Positions 7,654 to 17,405 of a stretch of DNA of 56,859 nucleotides are shown here, in pieces. The notes under the pieces are model-generated. The model worked only from the letters and a program-made list of their open reading frames with translations, was not told the origin of the DNA and did no database searches. Where the stretch lies: assembly GCA_027011045.1 (NCBI GenBank), contig JALVAT010000040.1, positions 1-56,859 on the forward strand, in the 5' to 3' direction. Positions within the stretch are counted from its first letter, which is position 1, and each line of letters starts with the position of its first letter. This DNA comes from Candidatus Micrarchaeota archaeon. GTDB lineage: Archaea; Iainarchaeota; Iainarchaeia; JAADDC01. The position numbers were made by a program, and so were the translations under genes.

Positions 7654-9162
7654 ATGTTTGAGAATGAGCTCGTAGGGGAAATCCTCAAGAGGTACCGGCG
7701 CATCTGGGCGCTGAGCCACGTATCTGCCCTTGCCGAGTGGGATTCTGATGTTATGATGCCAAAGGGCGGGTCCTCGCTCCGTGGTGAAGCCTTTGCGGAG
7801 CTCGCCGTGCTTAAGCAACGCTTCATAACCGATTCCTCCTTTGTTGAACTTGTGCGCAGGGCATCACGGGAGGAGTTGAACGATTACGAACGTGGTGTGA
7901 TCCGTATCCTTGAGAGAAGCATTCACTACTACTCGTCGCTTCCGTCGGAGTTTGTGGCGGAGGAGGAGCGAGTCATTGAAGCAGCAAAGCGAGCATGGGA
8001 GGAAGCCAAGCAGAAGTCGGAGTTTTCCATATTCCGGCCCCATTTGGAACGGATCTTCGAGCTGCAGCGCAAAAAGGCAGAGTATTTGGGTTATGATGAG
8101 CATCCGTATGATGCACTCGTCGATCTCTATGAGGAAGGTGCCACGAAACGTTTCCTCGACCGCTTCTTTTCAGTTCTCGTCCCTGAAGTCTCCCGTTTGC
8201 TCAAGAGGATCGTAAGTTCTCCAGAGTTCGTGGAGCGCCACGAGCTGGAGGATCTGACGTATGTCCGGGAGGATATGGAGCGCCTGAACCGCTTTGTGCT
8301 TACGGCCTTCGGCGCTCCGTGGGATCATTTCAGGATGGATGTGTCCGCACATCCCTTTACCGTCGATCTCGCTGGCCCGCAGGACGTGAGGATTACCACG
8401 TGGTATCACGGGCGCGATTTCCGAAGATCGCTGCTAGCCGCGGTGCACGAATGGGGTCATGCTTTGTACGAGCTTCAGCAAGATCCCGAACTCTGTTGCA
8501 CGCCAGTTTCGGGCGGTGTATCCCTTGGCATCCACGAGTCGCAGTCCCGCTTCTGGGAAAACCATATTGGGAGGTCCCTTGCCTTTGTTGAAACGTTCTT
8601 TGATGCCTTCCGCCTTGCAATTCCGAGTATTGGTGCGTATGACATCCGTGATGTCTATAAGTACTTCAACCTCGTTCGTCCGGAGCTCATTCGCGTGGAG
8701 GCAGACGAGGTATCATACATCCTGCACATAGCCCTCAGGTATGAGCTCGAGGTTGCCGTTATTGATGGAGACATTTCTGTTGCCGAGTTGCCCGCTGCTT
8801 GGAACGAAAGGATAGAAAAGTACCTCGGAGTGACTCCCCCTGACGATGCACATGGCGTGCTTCAGGATATTCATTGGGCAATGGGCGCTGTGGGTTACTT
8901 CCCCACCTATGCCCTTGGTACTGTGCTCTCCGCCCAGATACGCCATGCAATGGAAAAGGATATTGGGCCCTTGGACGAGCTGATCAGGGGCAAGCACTTT
9001 GGGGCTATACGCGATTGGTTGTTTAGGAAGGTTCACCGCTTTGGCAGCGTTTATCCGCCACGGGAACTCGTTAGGCGGGCCCTTGGGGAGGACCTCCGTA
9101 CCGATTACTTCTTGAGCTACGCGAAGGAGCACTACGGTTCCATCTATGGTGTGTCCAAATAA
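7654..9162 (+). CDS. Carboxypeptidase Taq-type metallopeptidase (M32)
   Basis: 502 aa with the HEWGHALYE zinc site plus HESQSRFWEN and GVLQDIHW. Confidence 0.9.
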   Translation: MFENELVGEILKRYRRIWALSHVSALAEWDSDVMMPKGGSSLRGEAFAELAVLKQRFITDSSFVELVRRASREELNDYERGVIRILERSIHYYSSLPSEFVAEEERVIEAAKRAWEEAKQKSEFSIFRPHLERIFELQRKKAEYLGYDEHPYDALVDLYEEGATKRFLDRFFSVLVPEVSRLLKRIVSSPEFVERHELEDLTYVREDMERLNRFVLTAFGAPWDHFRMDVSAHPFTVDLAGPQDVRITTWYHGRDFRRSLLAAVHEWGHALYELQQDPELCCTPVSGGVSLGIHESQSRFWENHIGRSLAFVETFFDAFRLAIPSIGAYDIRDVYKYFNLVRPELIRVEADEVSYILHIALRYELEVAVIDGDISVAELPAAWNERIEKYLGVTPPDDAHGVLQDIHWAMGAVGYFPTYALGTVLSAQIRHAMEKDIGPLDELIRGKHFGAIRDWLFRKVHRFGSVYPPRELVRRALGEDLRTDYFLSYAKEHYGSIYGVSK

Positions 9163-9184
9163 ACCCTTCTTTTCATCTTTTTTC

Positions 9185-9526
9185 GTGGATGCCAGACCTG
9201 TTGCGGCGGGTATTGCGGTGCTGGTCTTTGCGGCCGTCGTTCTGCTTTGGGTTCATCCTTCTTCCTCAAGCTCCGGCGGAGGGTTGAGCAATCTTGTTTT
9301 CGTTCGCGTACGTGTTCTCCATGCCGGTATGCCCCTTCCCAGCGCTACCGTTATGCTGCAGGATGGCGGCACGCACATTACTGGCGGTGATGGATCCACT
9401 GTTTTCGTACTCGACGCGAATCGCTGCTATCTTGGCTGGATCTTCGCCCGCGGCTATTCCCAGAAGCGTATTTCCATATGCACCGGAGATTCCAATGAGA
9501 GCGTCGAGTTTGTTGTTAATCGCTGA
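9185..9526 (+). CDS. Membrane-anchored protein with a possible CarboxypepD_reg-like beta-sandwich
   Basis: A TM helix (AAGIAVLVFAAVVLLWV) is followed by VRVRVLHAGMPLPSATVMLQDGGTHITGGDGSTVFVL. The GTG start at 9185 is chosen to avoid overlap with the M32 gene. Confidence 0.4.
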   Translation: MDARPVAAGIAVLVFAAVVLLWVHPSSSSSGGGLSNLVFVRVRVLHAGMPLPSATVMLQDGGTHITGGDGSTVFVLDANRCYLGWIFARGYSQKRISICTGDSNESVEFVVNR

Positions 9527-9575
9527 TAGTTGCACCCACAAATAAATGGAGTTGCAGCACATTTTACCCGAGGTG

Positions 9576-10473
9576 ATGAGCATGAATGCGAGGATCATTG
9601 CTGTAGTTCTCGCGGGTTTCGTTTTGCTCGCGGGCATGGCCGCCGTTTACGCGGCGGAGGAAACGACGGTATCCCCATCTGCAGGTATGGCCGTTTCCGC
9701 AGATATTGGGGTGCAGGAGCAGACTGCCACTGCGAACGCAGGCGCAAACACGAAGCTCACCGTGGAGAACAAGGTTCGTGTTAGGGCAGAGATAAACGCA
9801 GAGGCCAACGTGGAGGGCAACGCACTTCGCAAGCGCGTGGAGGGCAACGGTGCCCTTAGCCCCCATGGGTCCTGAGGTAAACGGCCCATCTGTCCGTGCC
9901 GGCGCAAGGGCTGAAGTAAACGTTACTGCCGGCAGAATGGGCGCATCCGCGCGAATGAACGGTGAAGCTAACGCCGAGGGCCGTATTGTTCGTCAGCGCG
10001 GTCCTCTCCGTGCCGAGGGCAACGCAGAGGTAATCATTGGTCCTGGAATGGTGCGCATGGGCGGTTCTGAGATAAACGGCGGTGCAACCATATCCGTCGG
10101 TGCCCGTATGCGCATCCGCGTTGAGCAGAACGCCGTGGTGCTCGAGGAGGGTAACGTTCAGGTGCTTTCCCGCGTCCGTCTCAAGCTCGGCCCCGGTGGC
10201 AAGCTCATCAGCGCCGAGAGCAATGCACCCATAGAAGTGGAGCCTGAGCGGGCTGTTCAGCTCGTTAAGGAACGTGTCAGGGCAGAGAAAGTCAAGCGCG
10301 TCGAGCTTGTCGACAACGGAAAGGGCCCTGTTTACGTTGTGGAGGCTGAGAAGCCTGGCCGTCTCCTGGGCATAATTCCCGTGAACATCACGGTGGCTGC
10401 CGAGGTCAATGCCGAGAGCGGCCAGCTAGTGGGTGAACGCGCTCCGTGGTGGGCCTTCTTGGTCTTCGGGTGA
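9576..10473 (+). pseudogene. Secreted repeat protein with a PepSY-like C-terminus, split by a frameshift
   Basis: A signal peptide (MNARIIAVVLAGFVLLAGMAAVYA) and AExNAEANVEGN-type repeats stop at 9873-9875. The same repeat pattern continues in another frame from about 9850 (AEVNV..., NGEANAEG...) and ends in PVYVVEAEKPGRLLGIIPVNITVAAEVNAESGQLV. The frame switch must fall in 9796-9875, which contains a C5 run at 9860-9864. Confidence 0.5.
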
Positions 10474-10538
10474 TACCACGGAGCAGTAATCCCACAAACT
10501 CCCACCTATTTTTATTTTCCGGCGGATAGAATACATGT

Positions 10539-11630
10539 ATGCGTGCTTCGGAAGCGTTCTTTCGCCACGCGCTGCTCATAATCTACCTTGTGCTTCTGGC
10601 AGCTCTTCTAATCGCGCTCCGCCCAACACCTCAGCAGCTAATATCTTCTGTGGACTGGAGAACGGTGCTCTCCATATACGGTTTTCTGCTCATAGTGTCC
10701 GCCGTTTCCAATACTGGTTTGTTTGAACGCATTGCAGGGGCCGCTGTCTCTCGCGTACACTCAAAGCGCGGGTTTACCATCGCTGTAATTACCGTTACAG
10801 CGTTTCTTGCGGCTCTTATAACCAACGACATTGCGCTCTTCGTTGTTCTTCCAATTGTATTCGCGGTGCCCCTTTCCAATCGTGATAAACTCGTTCTTGC
10901 AGTTTTACTTGCCATTGCGGCCAATTTGGGAGCGCTTCTTTCCCCTGTGGGCAACCCTCAGAAGATTATGCTCTGGCAGGAGTCGGGACAGAGCTTCTTG
11001 GACTTCCTCTTACCCTTCGTGCCCCTGTTCATCGTCTCCTTCCTTGGACTAGTGGCGTATGCCTATTTCCTCATGTCCCGGGAGAACCTCAAGCCCCCTG
11101 AGGTGAGGGCACACCTGAAGCGCCACGCGGCAGCTATCGACGGTATTTTGTTCTTCGTTTACCTGGCGCTCCTGAGCGTGGGGTACTGGGAGGGGGCCCT
11201 TGCTATTGCCATCCTGTACTTCTTGGTCTTTTACAGAGAGGCTTTTCTCCGGGTGGACTACGAGTTTATACTCCTTTTGACGGTTCTTTTCCTGGATTTT
11301 GGGCTAATGGGGAGTATTCCTGCGGTGCGCCAGTGGCTGGCGGGGCTGGATTTGAGTAACCCGCTTCGGGTTTTCCTTCTATCCTTCGCCCTAACGCAGT
11401 TCATGAGTGACGTGCCGACCGCAGTCCTATTATCCCAGTATAGCAACCAGTACGTTGCGATTGGTGCTGGGACCGCCATGGGAGCTACGCTGCTGATTGT
11501 GGCATCCCTTGCAAACATCATCTCTGTTCGCCTTTCGGACGTGCCCGGCGGGTACCTGCGGTATCATAAGTATTCCTTGCCCTTTGCCGTATTCCTGCTT
11601 CTTGTGGGCGTTCTCTTCTTCTCACTTTAG
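10539..11630 (+). CDS. ArsB/NhaD-superfamily anion or ion permease
   Basis: 363 aa, polytopic, with TNDIALFVVLPI and LLSPVGNPQKIM motifs typical of the CitMHS/ArsB-NhaD permease fold. Confidence 0.75.
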   Translation: MRASEAFFRHALLIIYLVLLAALLIALRPTPQQLISSVDWRTVLSIYGFLLIVSAVSNTGLFERIAGAAVSRVHSKRGFTIAVITVTAFLAALITNDIALFVVLPIVFAVPLSNRDKLVLAVLLAIAANLGALLSPVGNPQKIMLWQESGQSFLDFLLPFVPLFIVSFLGLVAYAYFLMSRENLKPPEVRAHLKRHAAAIDGILFFVYLALLSVGYWEGALAIAILYFLVFYREAFLRVDYEFILLLTVLFLDFGLMGSIPAVRQWLAGLDLSNPLRVFLLSFALTQFMSDVPTAVLLSQYSNQYVAIGAGTAMGATLLIVASLANIISVRLSDVPGGYLRYHKYSLPFAVFLLLVGVLFFSL

Positions 11631-12521
11631 TTCCAGGCGTTCCGTGATTTCTCCATACTCTCTGAGCTCCACCCGGTCAATATGGCCGTCCGCATCTGCG
11701 TCAAAGCCTTGCACCACCCAGTAAAACTCTTTTCCGTCGCGGTACTTTGTCAGGAGCTCCTCCCACTGCTGAACAAGTGCCATTATGGCTGCTTTCGTTC
11801 CCAGGGCGCGGACCCCTGCGAACAGGAGGATCCATCGATCGCTGTAGGGGTTCTTGAACTTTGCAATGACGCCCACACTATCCTCTGCGTAATCTCGGCG
11901 CGCGTGGAGTAACCACGGGCTCTCCGTATCGAAAAATAGCTTTCTTTCCCCCAGGATCTCCCAGCTTACCATGTTCCCTGCGGGACCGCCTATCAGTATC
12001 AGGCTATCCCCGATCCTCTGCTCGGCGCGGGCGTCCGTGTCCAGAAGCATTGGAAACGAATCTACGGTGTAAAATCTTCCCAGGAACATGCCCAAGGCTC
12101 CGGCGTAGTGGCCATCCCTTGCCCTCTGCATGAATGCGCCGTGCGGATCCGGGCTCCCCACCACAATAGGTGCAACGAGTTTATCTCCATCCGTGAACTC
12201 CTTGAAGAACCGCTCCACGGCTCCAGGAGTCCCTGCAGCTCTTGCGGGCTTTCCCTTACCGAAGACCGTTGCTATGGCGTCGTATTCGAGCGTATACAGC
12301 TTTCTCTCGCCGTATATCTTTCTAACAATGCCCGCCTTTTCCAGATTCTTCAGGTGGTAGAACACGTTCTGTTCCGTCGTTTCAAGAATCCCCGCAAGCT
12401 CTGTAAGGGTTCTCGGGGCCTCGCCCAGCAGTTCGAGAATTTTGTACCGTGTTGGCGGTATGCTCACGGGCCCGCGGAGGATGAGTGTTCTGTAGCTGCG
12501 CTCACCGTCGTTGAGGATCAT
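11622..12521 (-). CDS. ArsR-type winged-HTH protein with an uncharacterised C-terminal domain of about 210 aa
   Basis: The N-terminus reads RYKILELLGEAPRTLTELAGILETTEQNVFYHLKNLEKAGIV. The remainder (VVGSPDPHG..., LILIGGPAGN..., ILLFAGVRALGT) is an alpha/beta-looking domain I cannot assign. Confidence 0.7.
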   Translation of the reverse strand: MILNDGERSYRTLILRGPVSIPPTRYKILELLGEAPRTLTELAGILETTEQNVFYHLKNLEKAGIVRKIYGERKLYTLEYDAIATVFGKGKPARAAGTPGAVERFFKEFTDGDKLVAPIVVGSPDPHGAFMQRARDGHYAGALGMFLGRFYTVDSFPMLLDTDARAEQRIGDSLILIGGPAGNMVSWEILGERKLFFDTESPWLLHARRDYAEDSVGVIAKFKNPYSDRWILLFAGVRALGTKAAIMALVQQWEELLTKYRDGKEFYWVVQGFDADADGHIDRVELREYGEITERLELK

Positions 12522-12595
12522 GAATAAAATGAAACCTTTAGTGCTTAAATGGTTTTTTAGGAGGGTTTATAAACGGCGGAGTGAACCATCATACC

Positions 12596-14263
12596 ATGTG
12601 CGGGATAATAGGGAAGATCGGACCAGATGCAGGGCGTTTCGTGGTAGAGGGGCTGAAGGCATTGGAATATAGGGGCTACGACTCCTCCGGAATTGCCTTT
12701 GTGGATTCTGGAAGCGTTAAGATCCTCAAGGGCGTTGGTACCATAGATAAGATCGTTCGCGAGCCGCCTCTGACGGATGCAGCCATCGGACACACACGCT
12801 GGGCGACTCACGGCGGAGTTACGGACTTCAATGCCCACCCCCACTCCGACTGCACCGGCAAGTATGCCGTGGCCCACAACGGCATCATAGAAAATTATGC
12901 GGACCTAAAGTCTGAGCTTATGAACGCAGGGCACCGCTTTAGGTCCGAAACGGACTCCGAAGTCATAGTGCACCTATTCGAGGATGCCGTGCGCCGCGGC
13001 GTGTCGTACATGGACGCCCTTACTTATACTGTTAGCAAGATCCGTGGACAGTACGCCCTTGCAATACTCACGGCAGACGGCCACATTTTGGCTGCAAGAA
13101 ACGGAGCTCCCTTTCTCTTCGCGAAGGACGGGGACGCTCTTTACGTATCATCCGATCCCGTGCCCCTCCTCTTTGCCCCCGATGTGTATCGGCTTGTGGA
13201 TGGCAGCTTGCTGCATCTCTATCCCGGAGGCTACGAGCTAAGGGGGTCCGCTCGGCGCGTTACTGGGATTTCAGCCCGTCGGGTGGACCTCGGGAAATAT
13301 CGGCACTACATGGAGAAGGAGATCTTTGAGCAGCCACGTGCGCTTGCAGAAACCCTGCGTTATCTACAAACCCTTCAGCGGCCGGAGATTTCGGGCAGGG
13401 TGCACCTCGTGGCCGCGGGCACGTCTTATCACGCGGCCCTCTACGGAGAGTACCTCCTTCGAATGCAGGGGTTCGACGCACGGGCCTTCATAGCGTCTGA
13501 ATACCTCTACTGGCGCGGACAGGAACCGGATGTACTCATTGCCATCAGCCAGTCGGGCGAGACGGAGGATCTGCTTTCCATTCTTCGGAACGGCGTGTCT
13601 TCTGAGGTGGTGGCGATCACCAATACACCTGGATCGACGATCGAGGAGTATGCCAGGGACGTAGTCTATACCCGCGCTGGTCCGGAGGTGGGCGTTGCAG
13701 CCACGAAGACATATACGACGCAGCTGACGGTACTCGCCTGGCTTGCTGGAATTGAGGGACTTGATCAATTGCCGGAGGCCGTTTCTCAGGTACTCAAGAA
13801 TACTTCTTTAATCGAAGATCTGTCCAAGAGGGTGGCTTCTGCGCGTAGCGTGTACTTTTTAGGCCGCGGATTGCATCTTGTCACTGCCAAGGAGGGTGCA
13901 CTAAAGCTTAAGGAAATTTCCTACATTCACGCGGAGGCATATCCTGCGGGGGAATCAAAACACGGGCCCATCTCGCTCATAGAGGATGGGTTCCCCGTTT
14001 TCTTTTCCGTGGGACCCTCAGTATACACGGAGACTGCTTCGAACGTGGAGGAGATGCGCGCTCGCGGTGCGTGGACAGTCAGCGTGTCTCCAAATCCCCT
14101 TGGCCCAGAGGATGTGCATATTGCGGTTCCATCAATCCCAGAGGTACTCTTGCCCGTTGTGGAGATAGTTCCCCTTCAGCTGCTGGCGTACAACGCCGCG
14201 GTTCTTCGGGGAAACAACCCTGACAGGCCGAGGAACCTTGCGAAGAGCGTGACCGTTAAGTAG
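12596..14263 (+). CDS. glmS: Glutamine--fructose-6-phosphate aminotransferase
   Basis: Starts MCGIIG (Ntn Cys), has two SIS domains (SQSGETEDL) and ends NLAKSVTVK. Confidence 0.95.
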   Translation: MCGIIGKIGPDAGRFVVEGLKALEYRGYDSSGIAFVDSGSVKILKGVGTIDKIVREPPLTDAAIGHTRWATHGGVTDFNAHPHSDCTGKYAVAHNGIIENYADLKSELMNAGHRFRSETDSEVIVHLFEDAVRRGVSYMDALTYTVSKIRGQYALAILTADGHILAARNGAPFLFAKDGDALYVSSDPVPLLFAPDVYRLVDGSLLHLYPGGYELRGSARRVTGISARRVDLGKYRHYMEKEIFEQPRALAETLRYLQTLQRPEISGRVHLVAAGTSYHAALYGEYLLRMQGFDARAFIASEYLYWRGQEPDVLIAISQSGETEDLLSILRNGVSSEVVAITNTPGSTIEEYARDVVYTRAGPEVGVAATKTYTTQLTVLAWLAGIEGLDQLPEAVSQVLKNTSLIEDLSKRVASARSVYFLGRGLHLVTAKEGALKLKEISYIHAEAYPAGESKHGPISLIEDGFPVFFSVGPSVYTETASNVEEMRARGAWTVSVSPNPLGPEDVHIAVPSIPEVLLPVVEIVPLQLLAYNAAVLRGNNPDRPRNLAKSVTVK

Positions 14264-14293
14264 CTTTAAGCCTTTGCCCCCTTCTTTCATCTT

Positions 14294-15217
14294 ATGGATC
14301 CGCACCTGGCAAAGCTTCTCTCCAACGTGCTCGTGCTCATACCCATCGCATACTTTCTCTATCTCTACTGGAAAGGGGAGCATCGACGCGCCATGGATTT
14401 TCTTGCCGCGTATCTTTTCCTTACGGGCTTTGTGATCCTCTCTAAGTTCGTTATAAAGGCACCTCGCCCGCCGGGGGCCGAGACATACTTTGATCCCTAC
14501 GGATTTCCCTCTTTTCACACCGCTTACGCGTTTCTGCTGTTCTTCCTCGTGCCCAACGTCTGGACGTTCCTGTACGGCGCTGCGGTGGGAGCCCTGCGGG
14601 TATTTGCTGGCGTTCACTCGATTGTGGATGTGATCGGCGGTTTCATCTTCGCGGCGATTTCGTATCTGCTCTACCGCTTTGGGGAGCGCCGTGCAGGTAT
14701 GGAGTGGCGCCGACAGTCCTTCCATATGGGGACCGGCGCCCTGCTCGGCCTCATTCTATACAAGAGCTGGTTCTTGGGACTTTTAGTTCTCGTCCTTGCC
14801 CTTGCTGCTGGCGCTGTTTTATACTTTTTTAGGGATTCTCGCTATATTCGCCCGTTCCTTGAGGGGTTCGACCGTGATGGCACCGCCCGCGGCGCCTATG
14901 CCTTTACCCTTGGTGCCCTTGCTGCAACGCTCATCAATCCATCCTTCGCGTGGGTTTCTGTGTGGTTTCTCGCCTACGTTGACTCTGTGGCAACCATGGT
15001 GGGCAAGCTCCTTGGAACCCGCGGTAAAAGCATGGTGGGCAGCCTTGCGGGTTTCTTTGCCGGCGTTCTCGTAGCTCTGGCAGCCTCTGGCGATACGATC
15101 ACGTTCCTGAAGCTTACGGCTATTGCTGCTGTGCTGGTCCTTGTGGAGCGCTACTCGCCCATCGACGACAACATATCCCTCCCCGTTGTGGCGGCTCTCC
15201 TGGGGTGGTTGGTGTGA
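14294..15217 (+). CDS. Fusion of a PAP2 phosphatase with a dolichol-kinase/CdsA-family (CTP-dependent polyprenol kinase) domain
   Basis: The N-terminal half carries PAP2 motifs: K-x6-RP (KFVIKAPRP), PSFH, and R-x5-H-x3-D (RVFAGVHSIVD). The C-terminal half (YVDSVATMVGKLLGTRGKSMVGSLAGFFAG) resembles dolichol or phytol kinases. Confidence 0.75.
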   Translation: MDPHLAKLLSNVLVLIPIAYFLYLYWKGEHRRAMDFLAAYLFLTGFVILSKFVIKAPRPPGAETYFDPYGFPSFHTAYAFLLFFLVPNVWTFLYGAAVGALRVFAGVHSIVDVIGGFIFAAISYLLYRFGERRAGMEWRRQSFHMGTGALLGLILYKSWFLGLLVLVLALAAGAVLYFFRDSRYIRPFLEGFDRDGTARGAYAFTLGALAATLINPSFAWVSVWFLAYVDSVATMVGKLLGTRGKSMVGSLAGFFAGVLVALAASGDTITFLKLTAIAAVLVLVERYSPIDDNISLPVVAALLGWLV

Positions 15218-15759
15218 CCGGGGACGGAAAGGTTCTGCGCACGGTGTTTACCCCCTGGAGGCTCAAATACATCCTGGGCTTCAAGAACAAGAAGGGGAAA
15301 AAGCGGTGCTTCCTCTGCGATGCTGCGGAGCATCCAGAGCATGATGCGGAAAACCTCGTACTCTACCGCGGGCGGAACGCCTTCATAATTATGAATCGCT
15401 ACCCCTACAATACTGGGCATCTCCTCATCGCACCGTACCGTCACGTAGGCGACTGGCTGGAGCTAACGCCAGAGGAGCGGGCGGAGATCGCCGAGCTCAT
15501 AGCCTTCGCCGAGGAAAAGCTACGGGAGCTTCTCGCTCCCGACGGGTTCAACGTGGGGATCAATATCGGGGCGGTTGCGGGGGCGGGCCTTCCCGGCCAC
15601 GTGCACGTCCACATCGTTCCGCGCTGGAAGGGGGATACGAACTTCCTGCCCGTGGTTTCCGATGTGCGACTCGTCCCGGAAAATGTGGAGGGCACCTACG
15701 AGCGCCTGAGGCCACTGTTTTCGGGAAACGACCAGGATCAGAAAAAGAGTAAAGAATAA
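15205..15759 (+). CDS. HIT-family nucleotide hydrolase/transferase
   Basis: Contains NRYPYNTGHLLIAPYRHV and the histidine triad GHVHVHIVPRW. The start codon is GTG and overlaps the previous stop. Confidence 0.85.
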   Translation: MVGVTGDGKVLRTVFTPWRLKYILGFKNKKGKKRCFLCDAAEHPEHDAENLVLYRGRNAFIIMNRYPYNTGHLLIAPYRHVGDWLELTPEERAEIAELIAFAEEKLRELLAPDGFNVGINIGAVAGAGLPGHVHVHIVPRWKGDTNFLPVVSDVRLVPENVEGTYERLRPLFSGNDQDQKKSKE

Positions 15760-15770
15760 GGACTTTTCCT

Positions 15771-17363
15771 TTACTTCTTCTTCATGTTCAGCCACACACC
15801 AAAGCCGAGCACCGCTATTGCCGCCAGCACTATGCCCCAGACGACGATGCTGGGTATTCCCTGGCTACCGGCGGGCTTTGGCACGTTCGCTGTTATCTCG
15901 CCACAGCCACTCACGTATGCGCGGATCTTGAGGCCCATTGCAGGCTTTACAGTGGCTATGTACGTCTTTGTGGCTGCATCATACTGGGGTACGACGTCCA
16001 CGCCAGCGCCCACGATGTGAACGCCCTGGAGGTACACGGGGGTGTTTCCATCCCTGATCTGGAAGCTTACCTGCCACTTGTCACCCACTGGAATTGTCTG
16101 GACGTTTGCTACGCGTATCTGGCAGGCGGCGAACTCTATCACAGTGCTGCCGAGTTCATCCACGGCCTTCTTGACGGTGAAGCTGGCGGTTGACGGGCTG
16201 TTCCCCTCAGGGGACAGGTATATTCTCAGCACAGGATCGTCCTTTACGATGATCACGTTGCCCTCTATGTAACCGCTGGCCTTTTGGAGCACGTCCTTTG
16301 GAATCTCCACGGTTATTGCCACCGTCTTGTAGCCTGTTGCCGCGTAGGTTACCACGGTGCTGTTGTTTTCCTTGTCCTGCGCCATAACAGCCGTTACGTT
16401 GTCTGTGACGAGGTTATACGTCTCAATCTTCTTTATCTCGAGGCGCTTTGCGGCTTGAGGTGCCGCCCTCTCCAGGATTTGTTTGGCAACCTCAGCCATT
16501 ACTGTTTTTCTCGCCATTTCGGCGGGCATCTCTGCGATGCAGGCGCCGTGGTGGCATTCGACACGCACCTTTACCCCGTTTATCTCAATTTCGGACTGCA
16601 TTTCACCCCTAACAGGTGCAGGAATTGCTACTGCCACCGTCTTCGCGCGCTTTGCCTCCTTTCCCATCACGTCCTCGAGAATCTTGTTCATCTGCTCTAC
16701 TTTTTCCTTGGGAACCTTGATTTCGACGGTACACTGCCCTCCGCTGCAGCTCACCTTCACCTGTTCCTTTGTTTCTTCTGCGTTTGCACCGGGGTTTTCC
16801 ACAGTATTCCTTCCCATTGTAGTTGCCCTATTTGATTCTGTAGCTCTTTCTATTGCCTTCTCTTTGCCCGTCTCCGCAGTTGCCTGTGCTTCGCTCTTCG
16901 TCCGTTCTCCTTGCTCTTCAGCGTTCCTTACAACTCTCTCGACAGATCTCACCACCCTATTTACTTCATCCCGCGGTACTCGAACTCGTACGGAAATTGT
17001 GTCGCCTGTGCTATCATCTGAAGGGATTGTTCGGGGACTTGCAGCCGACGAAGATGTGTCGAGGTGTTTTGAAGCCTTTGTAATGGCGTTTTGGTCTAGC
17101 GGCACAATTCTCGGGGTATTTGCGTCAACGTTCTTGTCCCACGGCCCCACGTTCACTTCCACAGACGCATTGCCGTGCCCGCCCATGGCGCCTTCCTGAT
17201 TGGCCCCCGCTTCAACACTTGTGCTTGCACCTATCGAGTTACTGGGGGACATTCCCATGGTGTCCTTCAGCGTCTCGTCGAGGGCAAAACCAAGGCCAAC
17301 AATGCTCACCAAGAGGAGGACAAAAACCGTTGCGGCAACAATGCCGCTCACTCCCCGCTGCAT
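15771..17363 (-). CDS. Large cell-surface protein with N- and C-terminal TM anchors, function unknown
   Basis: 530 aa with an N-terminal TM (IVAATVFVLLLVSIVGLGF) and a C-terminal TM plus basic tail (IVVWGIVLAAIAVLGFGVWLNMKKK). An internal duplication is visible: VKVSCSGGQCTVEIKVPKEKV and VKVRVECHHGACIAEMPAEM. Confidence 0.65.
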   Translation of the reverse strand: MQRGVSGIVAATVFVLLLVSIVGLGFALDETLKDTMGMSPSNSIGASTSVEAGANQEGAMGGHGNASVEVNVGPWDKNVDANTPRIVPLDQNAITKASKHLDTSSSAASPRTIPSDDSTGDTISVRVRVPRDEVNRVVRSVERVVRNAEEQGERTKSEAQATAETGKEKAIERATESNRATTMGRNTVENPGANAEETKEQVKVSCSGGQCTVEIKVPKEKVEQMNKILEDVMGKEAKRAKTVAVAIPAPVRGEMQSEIEINGVKVRVECHHGACIAEMPAEMARKTVMAEVAKQILERAAPQAAKRLEIKKIETYNLVTDNVTAVMAQDKENNSTVVTYAATGYKTVAITVEIPKDVLQKASGYIEGNVIIVKDDPVLRIYLSPEGNSPSTASFTVKKAVDELGSTVIEFAACQIRVANVQTIPVGDKWQVSFQIRDGNTPVYLQGVHIVGAGVDVVPQYDAATKTYIATVKPAMGLKIRAYVSGCGEITANVPKPAGSQGIPSIVVWGIVLAAIAVLGFGVWLNMKKK

Positions 17364-17405
17364 GGAGAAAAATCGCTGTCCTGGTATTTATTTCTTATGC
17401 TGACT

